A model generated the notes under the pieces. It had not been told where the DNA came from. It ran no database searches and was given only the letters and a program-made list of their open reading frames with translations. From IMG/VR virus record IMGVR_UViG_3300035419_000049, positions 1 through 25,378 of that record: a stretch of DNA of 25,378 bases; one strand, 5' to 3'. Within the stretch, counting starts at the first letter, position 1; each line of letters starts with the position of its first letter. Position numbers and translations under genes: made by a program. Below, one piece after another: positions 6,160 to 14,408 of the stretch. The DNA comes from a virus. Its lineage: Duplodnaviria; Caudoviricetes.

Positions 6160-6274
6160 GTTTTCTAAATCAAAAGCGTCCGATGTCGGACAGAAACCAA
6201 AACGTGATGACTGGAAACGTGATCGTAAAGTTGCACGTAAGAATAAATCACTTAACCGTAAACTAGCATCTTAA
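6131..6274 (+). CDS. Small basic protein, 47 aa, containing palindrome copy 5
   Basis: Strong AAGGAG SD; MRCEMQNFIKFSKSKASDVGQKPKRDDWKRDRKVARKNKSLNRKLAS. Confidence 0.7.
   Translation: MRCEMQNFIKFSKSKASDVGQKPKRDDWKRDRKVARKNKSLNRKLAS
6178..6191. repeat. Palindrome copy 5, GTCCGATGTCGGAC
   Basis: AAAAGCGTCCGATGTCGGACA, read directly. Confidence 0.9.
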
Positions 6275-6290
6275 TATAAGGAGAATACCC

Positions 6291-6629
6291 ATGACAAATT
6301 CAACATATGCACCAAAAGTTAAAACGTCTAACCCTGAGTTGTATGCAGAGCATACGTTCCACATGAACAAGGCACGTAAGTTTACATACAATTACGTTGT
6401 AATTGACGAAGTGCTTGCGGAATGTTGGAATGACATGACCATTGCGGAGATTGCAGAGGGCATGAACGAGTTGCCCAACCGTATCATCTACCGCACACAA
6501 GTGTTGAAGAAGCTTGGCATTATCAAGTCAAAGCACACTGGTAAAACAAAACTGTTGCAAGAGCAGCGCAAGCTGCGTGTACAGTTGCGTAAGGTGGAGA
6601 AACAATTAGATGCAGTTAACGCAGCGTAG
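6291..6629 (+). CDS. Hypothetical protein with possible helix-turn-helix and C-terminal coiled coil
   Basis: GGGAG SD; MTIAEIAEGMNELPNRIIYRTQVLKKLGII resembles a winged HTH. Confidence 0.8.
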   Translation: MTNSTYAPKVKTSNPELYAEHTFHMNKARKFTYNYVVIDEVLAECWNDMTIAEIAEGMNELPNRIIYRTQVLKKLGIIKSKHTGKTKLLQEQRKLRVQLRKVEKQLDAVNAA

Positions 6630-6632
6630 CTG

Positions 6633-6818
6633 ATGCTCTACCTATTGTTCACACCTTTTGCTGGCTACTTTGCTATGCTAATTACTATTGTAATAATGCA
6701 CACTGTAGGCTATGACGTGAGAGGTGTGGATACATTCACTATCTGGTGTATATACATTCAGATATACGTATACTTATTTGTGATCACAAAACTGAAAGGT
6801 AAATCAGATGCAGATTAG
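6633..6818 (+). CDS. Small membrane protein
   Basis: Two hydrophobic stretches; fills the gap in a tightly packed operon. Confidence 0.6.
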   Translation: MLYLLFTPFAGYFAMLITIVIMHTVGYDVRGVDTFTIWCIYIQIYVYLFVITKLKGKSDAD

Positions 6819-6972
6819 TGACCTAGAAAAATTAGAATTTATACATGTCACATTGCAGGAGCAACGAACCCTTGCAGGGAGCGACTTAAATATGTTAGAT
6901 ATTTCTTTACGCTTTGTAGAAGAATTAAGAGAACCATATATGGAGTACAAAGATGAAAGTAATTCTCAATGA
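6808..6972 (+). CDS. Hypothetical protein, 54 aa (MQISDLEKLEF...)
   Basis: Below the track cutoff; AAGGT SD; overlaps neighbours. Confidence 0.65.
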   Translation: MQISDLEKLEFIHVTLQEQRTLAGSDLNMLDISLRFVEELREPYMEYKDESNSQ

Positions 6973-7105
6973 TTTCACAAACCAAGAGTTTGATTATTTG
7001 GCAGAAATGATACACGAAAAAATTACAGACATGGGATATACAAACGATGGCAGCTTTGCCTTTACGTTGTCTGTTGAGTTTGAGGAGATTGATGATGAGA
7101 GTTGA
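6953..7105 (+). CDS. Acidic hypothetical protein, 50 aa (MKVILNDFTNQEF...)
   Basis: Below the track cutoff; GGAG SD. Confidence 0.65.
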   Translation: MKVILNDFTNQEFDYLAEMIHEKITDMGYTNDGSFAFTLSVEFEEIDDES

Positions 7106-7490
7106 AGTTTATTTCAATCTACATAAACACATATGGTCTGTTCGTTCATGCAAGACGGGCAGAGTGATAGGTCACACTGACGAAGTACACATAGACAATC
7201 CTACGTTTGTGGTACGTAAGGCAGGGCGTGAACGTGTATTGCGTGAAGGCAGGAAGAATGTTCATGCATTTGTACGTGGTGACATAACAGTGTTTAACGA
7301 CTTTGATCCAGACTATTTGGATTATACACTTGTGTCATACAATCCATACAAGTTTGACACGTTTGTAGATGTGATTGACACAAGACCTGTACGTACTGCT
7401 AAACGTGCAGTGCTACAAATACAACCAAGTATGGTGGTGTATAATACCGTCAACAGACCATACCTATATGCAGAAGGAGCAAAACCATGA
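7095..7490 (+). CDS. Conserved phage protein (VYFNLHK...GRERVLREGRKNVHAFVRG...YNPY)
   Basis: Start re-called at ATG 7095 (or 7092) after GAGGAG; resembles a widespread phage family of unknown function. Confidence 0.85.
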   Translation: MRVEVYFNLHKHIWSVRSCKTGRVIGHTDEVHIDNPTFVVRKAGRERVLREGRKNVHAFVRGDITVFNDFDPDYLDYTLVSYNPYKFDTFVDVIDTRPVRTAKRAVLQIQPSMVVYNTVNRPYLYAEGAKP

Positions 7491-7780
7491 CTAAGAAAAA
7501 GACACAAGAGCCAGTAACGTACCTACTACAAGAGGACAAAGCATTAGAAATGCTTGCGTTGTATAACACATTAGACAAGATGCTAGATGACGCAGCAGAA
7601 ATGTTTGATGTAAACTTGAGCGCATTAGGTGATTTGCGGAGTAGGGCATATAAACTAAAAGAAACCTTTGGTTTTAGGCCACAGACACACCCCGATTCTG
7701 GTGATCGCCCTGCCCCTTGGAAAGAGTACGTCTTACCTAATGATGACCGTGCGTGGTACTACGAAGGAGAACGTAAGTGA
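7487..7780 (+). CDS. Hypothetical protein
   Basis: AAGGAG SD; ATGA overlap. Confidence 0.8.
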   Translation: MTKKKTQEPVTYLLQEDKALEMLALYNTLDKMLDDAAEMFDVNLSALGDLRSRAYKLKETFGFRPQTHPDSGDRPAPWKEYVLPNDDRAWYYEGERK

Positions 7781-8016
7781 AAATAATGGGCTACGAAGTA
7801 GTAGTTGAGATTGATGGGGTGGAAAGTGCTATCCAATTGGATGACACCTACCCCGCAATCAACAACTGGCACACTGCCACAGAGTTTGCAATGCGTATGG
7901 CTGAACACGATCACCCAGATGCAAAGCAGATTGACTTTGTGGAGTGTGCTGAATTTGAACTAGAAGAATACCAAGAGTATGGCTACATACATGAAGCACC
8001 GTTAGTGCTACAGTAA
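7777..8016 (+). CDS. Strongly acidic hypothetical protein
   Basis: AAGGAG SD; GTGA overlap; about 18 D/E versus 3 K/R in 79 aa. Confidence 0.8.
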   Translation: MKIMGYEVVVEIDGVESAIQLDDTYPAINNWHTATEFAMRMAEHDHPDAKQIDFVECAEFELEEYQEYGYIHEAPLVLQ

Positions 8017-8028
8017 AAGGAGAAAGTA

Positions 8029-8415
8029 ATGGCAGCTAAAATTAAACTGACAAAAACTATGATGAATAAAAGCATCATTGATGCCAACAAATCTGTGCAA
8101 ACGTTTTTGCTTGAAGACTTTGGCATGGACTACAGTGACAAATTTTTTACAACAGAATGGTACGACACAGAAGAAGAAAGGACTGTTCGTAACAGTTTTA
8201 CTGTCACAGGTGAATACATTGACGGTGAAGAAGCTAATATTAAATTCTATCGCAGTGCTAAACGTGGTGATAGACGCATCAGTATACAGAAGCTGAAGCA
8301 ATATGCAGATGCAGGTAACGAAATACGCCTGATATCAGACAGCGAAAGTGATGGCGATGGAACACGTATATTTATATCAGTATACACATCTGGAGAAGAA
8401 ACCAGTGCCGATTGA
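8029..8415 (+). CDS. Stand-alone domain resembling the B3/EcoRII-N-like N-terminal region of long MvaI/BcnI-family restriction enzymes
   Basis: AAGGAG SD; LTKTMMNKSIIDANKSV...IKFYRSAKRGDRRISIQKLKQYA pattern; family recalled from memory. Confidence 0.6.
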   Translation: MAAKIKLTKTMMNKSIIDANKSVQTFLLEDFGMDYSDKFFTTEWYDTEEERTVRNSFTVTGEYIDGEEANIKFYRSAKRGDRRISIQKLKQYADAGNEIRLISDSESDGDGTRIFISVYTSGEETSAD

Positions 8416-8466
8416 TGATCCGTGTGATGATTGGTCAGATACACCTTTACCTAAGAGGAATTATAA

Positions 8467-8853
8467 ATGATTGAAGCAGCATTGATGTGCATTGCACTTA
8501 ACGTATACTTTGAAGCACGTAGTGATACCATGACAGGGCAGTATGCCGTAGCTCATGTGGTCATCAATCGTGTACAGTCTAGCAAGTTTCCTGATGATGT
8601 GTGTTCTGTGATTAAGCAGTCACGTAACGATGGCACATGTCAATTCAGTTGGTACTGTGATGGCAAGTCAGACAAGCCAAGAGAACCCTATGCATGGGCC
8701 TATGCCCAGATGGTAGCGGCAGATGTAATTCTTGGTGAGACTGTTGATATAACAGAAGGAGCAACACACTATCATGCAAATTATGTACGCCCCTATTGGG
8801 CTGACAAACTAAACTACACTGTGACTTATGGGTCACACCTGTTCTACAAATAG
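8467..8853 (+). CDS. SleB-like cell wall hydrolase (Hydrolase_2)
   Basis: CIALNVYFEAR, AVAHVVINRV, CQFSWYCDGK, GATHYHA..V.PYWA motifs. Confidence 0.93.
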   Translation: MIEAALMCIALNVYFEARSDTMTGQYAVAHVVINRVQSSKFPDDVCSVIKQSRNDGTCQFSWYCDGKSDKPREPYAWAYAQMVAADVILGETVDITEGATHYHANYVRPYWADKLNYTVTYGSHLFYK

Positions 8854-8934
8854 CTAACACCAATTAGTAGGGCATTGTATGCCTTACATAACTATGGCAC
8901 AGTTGCCGCATACTTATCATAAGGAGAAAATAGT

Positions 8935-9783
8935 ATGGCTTTAGATTTTAATAATGACCACATCATACCTGAGTACATGGACTTTGCAGTGGAGTTTGAA
9001 CCCACTAAAGTGAAGGACAAGAAGTACGTTATCAATGCTACATCAGGTGAGTACCTTGGTGTAGTGGGTAGCACATTTACTTGTGCCTCACATGGTGACT
9101 TCTATCGTGGTGTCCTTGACACTGTGACTGAGGAACTAACTAGCCATGAAGTAGCAGATGCCAAGATGAACTGGCGTACTGCACGTAATGGTGCATGGGC
9201 TATGCTTGACATTACCCTGCCCAACATGAAGAAAGTCGTGGAGACTGACAAACATAGCACTGAGATTGGCAATCGTATTATATCATTACATGGTATTGAC
9301 GGGTCATGCAGCAACCAAGTTTACTTTGGTGCCATTGATTTCTTCTGTACCAACGGCATGATACGTGGCGAGTATGACAAGGTGCGTAAGAAGAATACAT
9401 CTAACTTTACTATGGAAAGTTTTATCTATGAACTGACACGAGCACGTAAGGACTTCTATGAAGAAGCCAGCAAGATGCAAGTGTGGGCAGAAACATCCAC
9501 TAAGTATGTGGACATTCGTACTCTGTTAGATGAAATGATTACATCAGATCGTAAGGCAGAGAAAATGTATATGCTGTACCTACAAGAGGCAGCGGAACGT
9601 GGACACAACAAGTGGGCACTGTACTCAGCGTTCACAAACTATGCATCGTATGCCGATGAACGTAACGGGTTCAACCTGCGTAACACAGGCAACGACACAC
9701 AGGCTGTAAGCATGTGGTCACGTGAGCAAGAGGTATCCAAGTGGGTATCTGATGATCGGTTCATTCAGTTGGAGGCTGCATAA
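8935..9783 (+). CDS. DUF932/DUF945 family protein
   Basis: YLGVVG, HGIDGS and FCTNG motifs; TAAGGAG SD. Confidence 0.85.
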   Translation: MALDFNNDHIIPEYMDFAVEFEPTKVKDKKYVINATSGEYLGVVGSTFTCASHGDFYRGVLDTVTEELTSHEVADAKMNWRTARNGAWAMLDITLPNMKKVVETDKHSTEIGNRIISLHGIDGSCSNQVYFGAIDFFCTNGMIRGEYDKVRKKNTSNFTMESFIYELTRARKDFYEEASKMQVWAETSTKYVDIRTLLDEMITSDRKAEKMYMLYLQEAAERGHNKWALYSAFTNYASYADERNGFNLRNTGNDTQAVSMWSREQEVSKWVSDDRFIQLEAA

Positions 9784-9786
9784 CGC

Positions 9787-10908
9787 ATGAGAACCTTACC
9801 ACGATATGTACAACAACGGGTGTCACCTTTGGGTGACATCTCTTACCGTTTCAACCCGCCACAGACACTGGTGAATGAGGGAGTAGTAGAACGTGAAGAA
9901 CTAGGTGACGATCCAAAAGTTGCAAGACAACTTGCACGTGAGTACAACAGAGACATTGATGCATACCGTGAAGAACAAGCTAAAGTTGTAAAGCTAAAGC
10001 CTAGCAGCAAGGTCACAGACCTTATCAACTATTACTATTTGTCTAATGATTTCAATATGTTACGTGACTCTACTAAGGTAGACTATAGGTACTTCTTGAC
10101 TGTGGTACACCAAACAATTGGGTGCCGTAAGTACAAAGACGTTACACCTAAAGTTGCAAAGCAAGCATACGAGAAATGGGTTGAACGTGGCGTCAGCTTT
10201 GCCAATCATGCAGCGACATGTGCCAGCAGAGTGTACAACTACGGCATTCAAATGGAACATGCTGAACAGAATCCGTTTGCTAAGATCAAACGTAAGGCAA
10301 CCAAACAACGCAAGAAAGTGTGGGAACATCGTGACGTTGTGAAGTTTCTTGATGTGGCATACAGTGACTTTCAGTACCGTAACATTGGGCTGATTGTACA
10401 GATGGCATACGAGTGGTGTCAACGTCTGGGTGACATGCGTACCCTGCGTTGGGATAACCTTGACTTGAAGAAGCAACAACTTACGTTGGAGCAAAGCAAG
10501 CGTAGGGCAGAGGTGTTCCTGCCTATCAGTGATAACTTGACAGAGATGTTGACAGATCAGAAAAGTGACTTTGGTTTTCAAGAATGGGTAGCACCACACC
10601 CACAGCCACGTCAGGGTGGGTTTCAACCCTATGCAATGGAGAGACTGTCCAAGGTTGGACGTAACGTCATGCGGTTAGCAAAGCTAGATGAAGAACTAAG
10701 GCTCATGGACTTACGGAGAACAGGGGTAACACAGATGGTGGACAGAGGTGTGCCATTGCCACAGATTATGTCAGTGACAGGGCATACACATGTTGCATCT
10801 GTGAAACCATACATGAAGCATACTTATGAAAGTGCAAATAATGCCTTGACACAGAGAAATGTATCTGTACACTTGAGTGGAACGAACAACATAGAAAGTG
10901 ATATATAA
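9787..10908 (+). CDS. int: Tyrosine recombinase/integrase
   Basis: Catalytic set QRLGD (R), QSK (K), MDLRRT (second R), TGH (H) and VKPY (Y); core-binding domain ending in NPF. Confidence 0.92.
   Translation: MRTLPRYVQQRVSPLGDISYRFNPPQTLVNEGVVEREELGDDPKVARQLAREYNRDIDAYREEQAKVVKLKPSSKVTDLINYYYLSNDFNMLRDSTKVDYRYFLTVVHQTIGCRKYKDVTPKVAKQAYEKWVERGVSFANHAATCASRVYNYGIQMEHAEQNPFAKIKRKATKQRKKVWEHRDVVKFLDVAYSDFQYRNIGLIVQMAYEWCQRLGDMRTLRWDNLDLKKQQLTLEQSKRRAEVFLPISDNLTEMLTDQKSDFGFQEWVAPHPQPRQGGFQPYAMERLSKVGRNVMRLAKLDEELRLMDLRRTGVTQMVDRGVPLPQIMSVTGHTHVASVKPYMKHTYESANNALTQRNVSVHLSGTNNIESDI
10846..10873 (+). promoter_or_regulatory. Putative promoter for primase/helicase inside the integrase 3' end: TTGACA-N16-TACACT
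   Basis: Near-consensus sigma70 hexamers about 35 nt before the primase start. Confidence 0.5.
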
Positions 10909-11699
10909 TGAATATACAAGATCATATAAGTGATATGGACATAGTTAATGGTGAGACTAAACGTACTAACTGCCCTGTATGTGGGGGAGTCCGAACATTT
11001 ACAGCCACCAATAACATGGGTCAGCTTGTATGGAATTGTTATAAGGCAGGGTGCAGTGTGTCTGGTGGCACACGTACCCACCTTACCAGTGATGACATCC
11101 GTAAGTCTCTTGGTGTTGTAGCAGAAGAGACAGAGGCAGTCACGTTTCATAAACCTGAATGGATTGTACAAAATCATTTTGAAGTACAGGGGTTCTGTGA
11201 AACATGGGAGATTGATGCCCGTGATCTTGGATTATTGTATGATGTTCGTGAACACCGTGTCGTATTTCCTGTGATCCACAACAACATCATGGTGGATGCC
11301 ACAGGCAGAGCACTAGGAAAAAAGTTACCTAAGTGGAAAAGATATGGAAAAAACCCCTTGCCGTATGCGTATGGCTATGGTAAAACAGGGGTAGTCGTTG
11401 AGGACTGTGTAAGTGCAGCTATTGTGGGTGCGACAGGCAGTTCTGGATGCTCTGAGGGTGGGGTGTATGTCGGGGTAGCAGTGTTGGGCACCTCACTCTC
11501 AGAGGCACATAAGCAATACTTATCACAGTTCACAACGGTTGTAATAGCACTAGACCCTGACGCCTTACCAAAGACACTGCAGTTTGCAAAAGAATTACGA
11601 GGCTATGTTAATGACGTAAAAGTTTTACGTTTGACAGATGACTTGAAATACCGTAACCCTACCGACATAGACAACTTACTAACACTAGGAGAAACATAA
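10908..11699 (+). CDS. DNA primase (Zn ribbon + TOPRIM)
   Basis: CPVC...CYKAGC; VVVEDCVSA; IALDPDA (DxD). Confidence 0.92.
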   Translation: MNIQDHISDMDIVNGETKRTNCPVCGGVRTFTATNNMGQLVWNCYKAGCSVSGGTRTHLTSDDIRKSLGVVAEETEAVTFHKPEWIVQNHFEVQGFCETWEIDARDLGLLYDVREHRVVFPVIHNNIMVDATGRALGKKLPKWKRYGKNPLPYAYGYGKTGVVVEDCVSAAIVGATGSSGCSEGGVYVGVAVLGTSLSEAHKQYLSQFTTVVIALDPDALPKTLQFAKELRGYVNDVKVLRLTDDLKYRNPTDIDNLLTLGET

Positions 11700-12922
11700 T
11701 GGAATTATCATTAATACGCAGCTTAATGGACAAAGAGTTCTACGATGACCATCGTGGAGCCAAGTGTCCTGATCGCCTGTTCAGTAAAGATGTACGTAAG
11801 ATCAAGCAGTCAATTGACACTGCTATGGATCGCTATGAACGTACCGTAACACCTGACGAGATAGAGGCATTGTTTATGTCAAACAATCCTACACTCACCA
11901 CAGCACAGAAGGGTGCATACAGTTCCCTCTTTAATCAGGTAAAGAAGGAAACCCCTATGGGCAGTGACATAGCACAGGAAGTGCTATCTAAACTGTTTCA
12001 ACAGGTGGTTGGAGAAGACGTTGCCAACCTTGGCTTTGACTACGTGAATGGAACTAAGGGTAGCCTTGAACCATTGCGTGATATCCTTGAACGTTATTCA
12101 GATGACTTCACGCCTGACCTACGCATTGAGTGGGATGACATTGACATTGATACGCTTCTTGAAAAGAATGATCTGGAATCACAGTGGACATTCAATGTAC
12201 CTACCCTCACACGTAAGGTAGAGGGCGTGAATGCAGGTCACTTGATTGAAGTGGGTGCACGGCCTAACACAGGCAAGACATCCTTCCATGCCTCACTGAT
12301 TGCAGCACCTAATGGTTTCGCACATCAGGGTGCCAAGTGTGTTATCCTATGTAACGAGGAAGCATCACACCGTGTTGGTGCACGGTACTTGACTGCTGCT
12401 ACTGGCATGACAATGCAAGAGGTGAAGGACAACCCTGCACGTGCTCGTGATCTGTACTCTGTGGTCAAGGACAACATCAAGATCAAGGATGCCAGTGACC
12501 GTGACATGTCATGGGTGGAGTCGGTATGCAAGTCATACAAGCCTGACATTGTTATCCTTGATATGGGTGACAAGTTTGCACGTACTGGTGGCTTCTCTCG
12601 TCCTGATGAAGCACTGAAAGCTAATGCTATCTATGCCCGTCAGATTGCCAAGTCACATGACTGTGCTATCTTCTACATGTCACAGCTATCTGCTGATGCA
12701 GAGGGCAAGGTGCTACTAAACCAGAGCATGATGGAAGGCTCACGTACTGGTAAGGCAGCAGAAGCTGACCTTATGGTATTGATTGCCAAGAACCCTGTAG
12801 TTGATGGGCAAGAGGAAGAAGACACACAACGTCACTTGAATGTTGTGAAGAACAAACTAAGTGGGTGGCATGGTGTTGTTCACTGTGACCTAGAGTACAA
12901 GACTGCGAGGTACACCGTGTGA
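11699..12922 (+). CDS. DnaB/T7 gp4-like SF4 replicative helicase
   Basis: Walker A GARPNTGKT, NEE, Walker B IVILD, SQL, KNK. Confidence 0.95.
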   Translation: MELSLIRSLMDKEFYDDHRGAKCPDRLFSKDVRKIKQSIDTAMDRYERTVTPDEIEALFMSNNPTLTTAQKGAYSSLFNQVKKETPMGSDIAQEVLSKLFQQVVGEDVANLGFDYVNGTKGSLEPLRDILERYSDDFTPDLRIEWDDIDIDTLLEKNDLESQWTFNVPTLTRKVEGVNAGHLIEVGARPNTGKTSFHASLIAAPNGFAHQGAKCVILCNEEASHRVGARYLTAATGMTMQEVKDNPARARDLYSVVKDNIKIKDASDRDMSWVESVCKSYKPDIVILDMGDKFARTGGFSRPDEALKANAIYARQIAKSHDCAIFYMSQLSADAEGKVLLNQSMMEGSRTGKAAEADLMVLIAKNPVVDGQEEEDTQRHLNVVKNKLSGWHGVVHCDLEYKTARYTV

Positions 12923-13350
12923 ACCAACTAGAACTATTTGATGTTGTACTTCATCACTACGATGAAGGACTAGAGTGTAACAAGTGTTCAATGACACTAC
13001 CTCTGGATAACTTTAATAGTATAACGTATGCATCAGGAACTATAGAATACAAAAGGATATGTAGAACGTGTCAACGTAATCAGTCACAGTTGATAGCGTA
13101 CTTGAAAAGCACAAATGCATATCCACCTGATGACTACGTATGTCCAATATGTCAACGTGACATTGTGGAGATAGGCCGCAAAGGGCAGAAGAAGTTGCAG
13201 AGTTGGGTGTTGGATCACTGCCACGACACTGAAACATTCAGAGGTTGGGTGTGTCACCATTGCAACACAGGTCTTGGTGCATTCAAGGATGATGTAAATA
13301 GAATTAAACAAGCAGTAGAGTATCTACAGAAACACGAGGGGAATACATGA
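12919..13350 (+). CDS. Endonuclease VII-like (His-Me finger) protein
   Basis: CPIC...LDHCH..FRGWVCHHCNTGLGAFKDD; N-terminal CxxC...CxxC. Confidence 0.88.
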   Translation: MNQLELFDVVLHHYDEGLECNKCSMTLPLDNFNSITYASGTIEYKRICRTCQRNQSQLIAYLKSTNAYPPDDYVCPICQRDIVEIGRKGQKKLQSWVLDHCHDTETFRGWVCHHCNTGLGAFKDDVNRIKQAVEYLQKHEGNT

Positions 13351-14003
13351 TTACAGCAACATACATAGATCACATGGGTACTGACTTGACAGTAGCTAAT
13401 GCTGCACGAGTAAGCTTTGGTAAGCAGAGTGAAATGGATACGAGTGATGTGTGGGGTCCACCCAAGTTGAAAGACAAGGATGCCAAGCTTATACAATACC
13501 TAGCCAAGCATAAGCACATCAGCCCTTTCGGGCATTGCTTTGCCAGCTTCCACGTCAAGGCTCCAGTCTTTGTAGCTAGGCAGCTAGTCAAGCATAAGTT
13601 CCTACGTTGGAATGAAATCAGCCGTAGGTATGTGGATAGTGAACCTGAGTTCTATGTGCCTACAGAATGGCGTGGTAAGTCGGATGACAAGAAGCAAGGT
13701 AGTGAAGGTATCGTTGATGATATACGCCCATCACTTGCGTGGAACATGATGGAGAGTAGCAAGAAAGACTATGAGTACTTACTGTTCAAAGGCGTATGCC
13801 CAGAGCAAGCACGTATGGTACTGCCTCAGAGCATGGTCACTGAGTGGTACTGGTCAGGTAGCTTGGATGCATTTGCTGACATGTGTAATCTAAGATGTAA
13901 GCCTGATACACAAGCTGAGACAGCAGAGGTAGCATGGGAAATTGACCGTAGTATGATTGACTTGTTTCCTGTGTCGTGGAGAGCATTAAGGGAGAATGAT
14001 TGA
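13347..14003 (+). CDS. thyX: FAD-dependent thymidylate synthase
   Basis: ANAARVSF, HISPF, VARQLVKH...NEISRRY, EQARMVLP, LR...Q.E motifs. Confidence 0.95.
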   Translation: MITATYIDHMGTDLTVANAARVSFGKQSEMDTSDVWGPPKLKDKDAKLIQYLAKHKHISPFGHCFASFHVKAPVFVARQLVKHKFLRWNEISRRYVDSEPEFYVPTEWRGKSDDKKQGSEGIVDDIRPSLAWNMMESSKKDYEYLLFKGVCPEQARMVLPQSMVTEWYWSGSLDAFADMCNLRCKPDTQAETAEVAWEIDRSMIDLFPVSWRALREND

Positions 14004-14158
14004 TGAGGGGTAACATTAATGGTGCAATCAAGGCATCAGCTATTGTAGCATTACTGATTGCTGCACCACCAGTACTGATAGCTATGACGTATGATGACTA
14101 TCCAAAGTACTGTAAGCTATCTATCTTACTACCATGTATAGGAGTAAAGGATGAATGA
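14003..14158 (+). CDS. Small membrane protein, 51 aa (MRGNINGAIKASAIVALLIAAPPVL...)
   Basis: Below the track cutoff; TGATG coupling with thyX; GGAG upstream. Confidence 0.65.
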   Translation: MRGNINGAIKASAIVALLIAAPPVLIAMTYDDYPKYCKLSILLPCIGVKDE

Positions 14159-14408
14159 AATTCGCCCCATGTCTGGTGATGAAAGACGTAGGGCACTAGA
14201 GAAGGAGTTGTATAACATGAACAGGGATGAAATAGATGCCGTGTCTTTAGTATCACAGATGAAGCGGTTAAACCTAACACGAGCCGAAGCTCTGGAAGCT
14301 ATGGAAGAAAAAGCAAATGACAAACAGTTTCAGAAAGACCTTGACGCAACATACCGTAATATGATAGTTGATAGTTGGGATTACTGGCACGAAGGAGACA
14401 TTGATTAG
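14151..14408 (+). CDS. Hypothetical protein
   Basis: AGGAG SD; abuts the polymerase start. Confidence 0.75.
   Translation: MNEIRPMSGDERRRALEKELYNMNRDEIDAVSLVSQMKRLNLTRAEALEAMEEKANDKQFQKDLDATYRNMIVDSWDYWHEGDID

Noticed and set aside
3436-6191. Palindromic repeats as a CRISPR array
   Set aside because: The repeats are 14-29 bp and separated by 560-830 bp containing genes, not by 30-40 bp spacers; no cas operon is present
8867-8923. Two or three small hairpins upstream of DUF932 as terminator, tRNA fragment or attP
   Set aside because: No U-tract and no T-loop GTTCRA or CCA end; too weak to call beyond a possible leader structure
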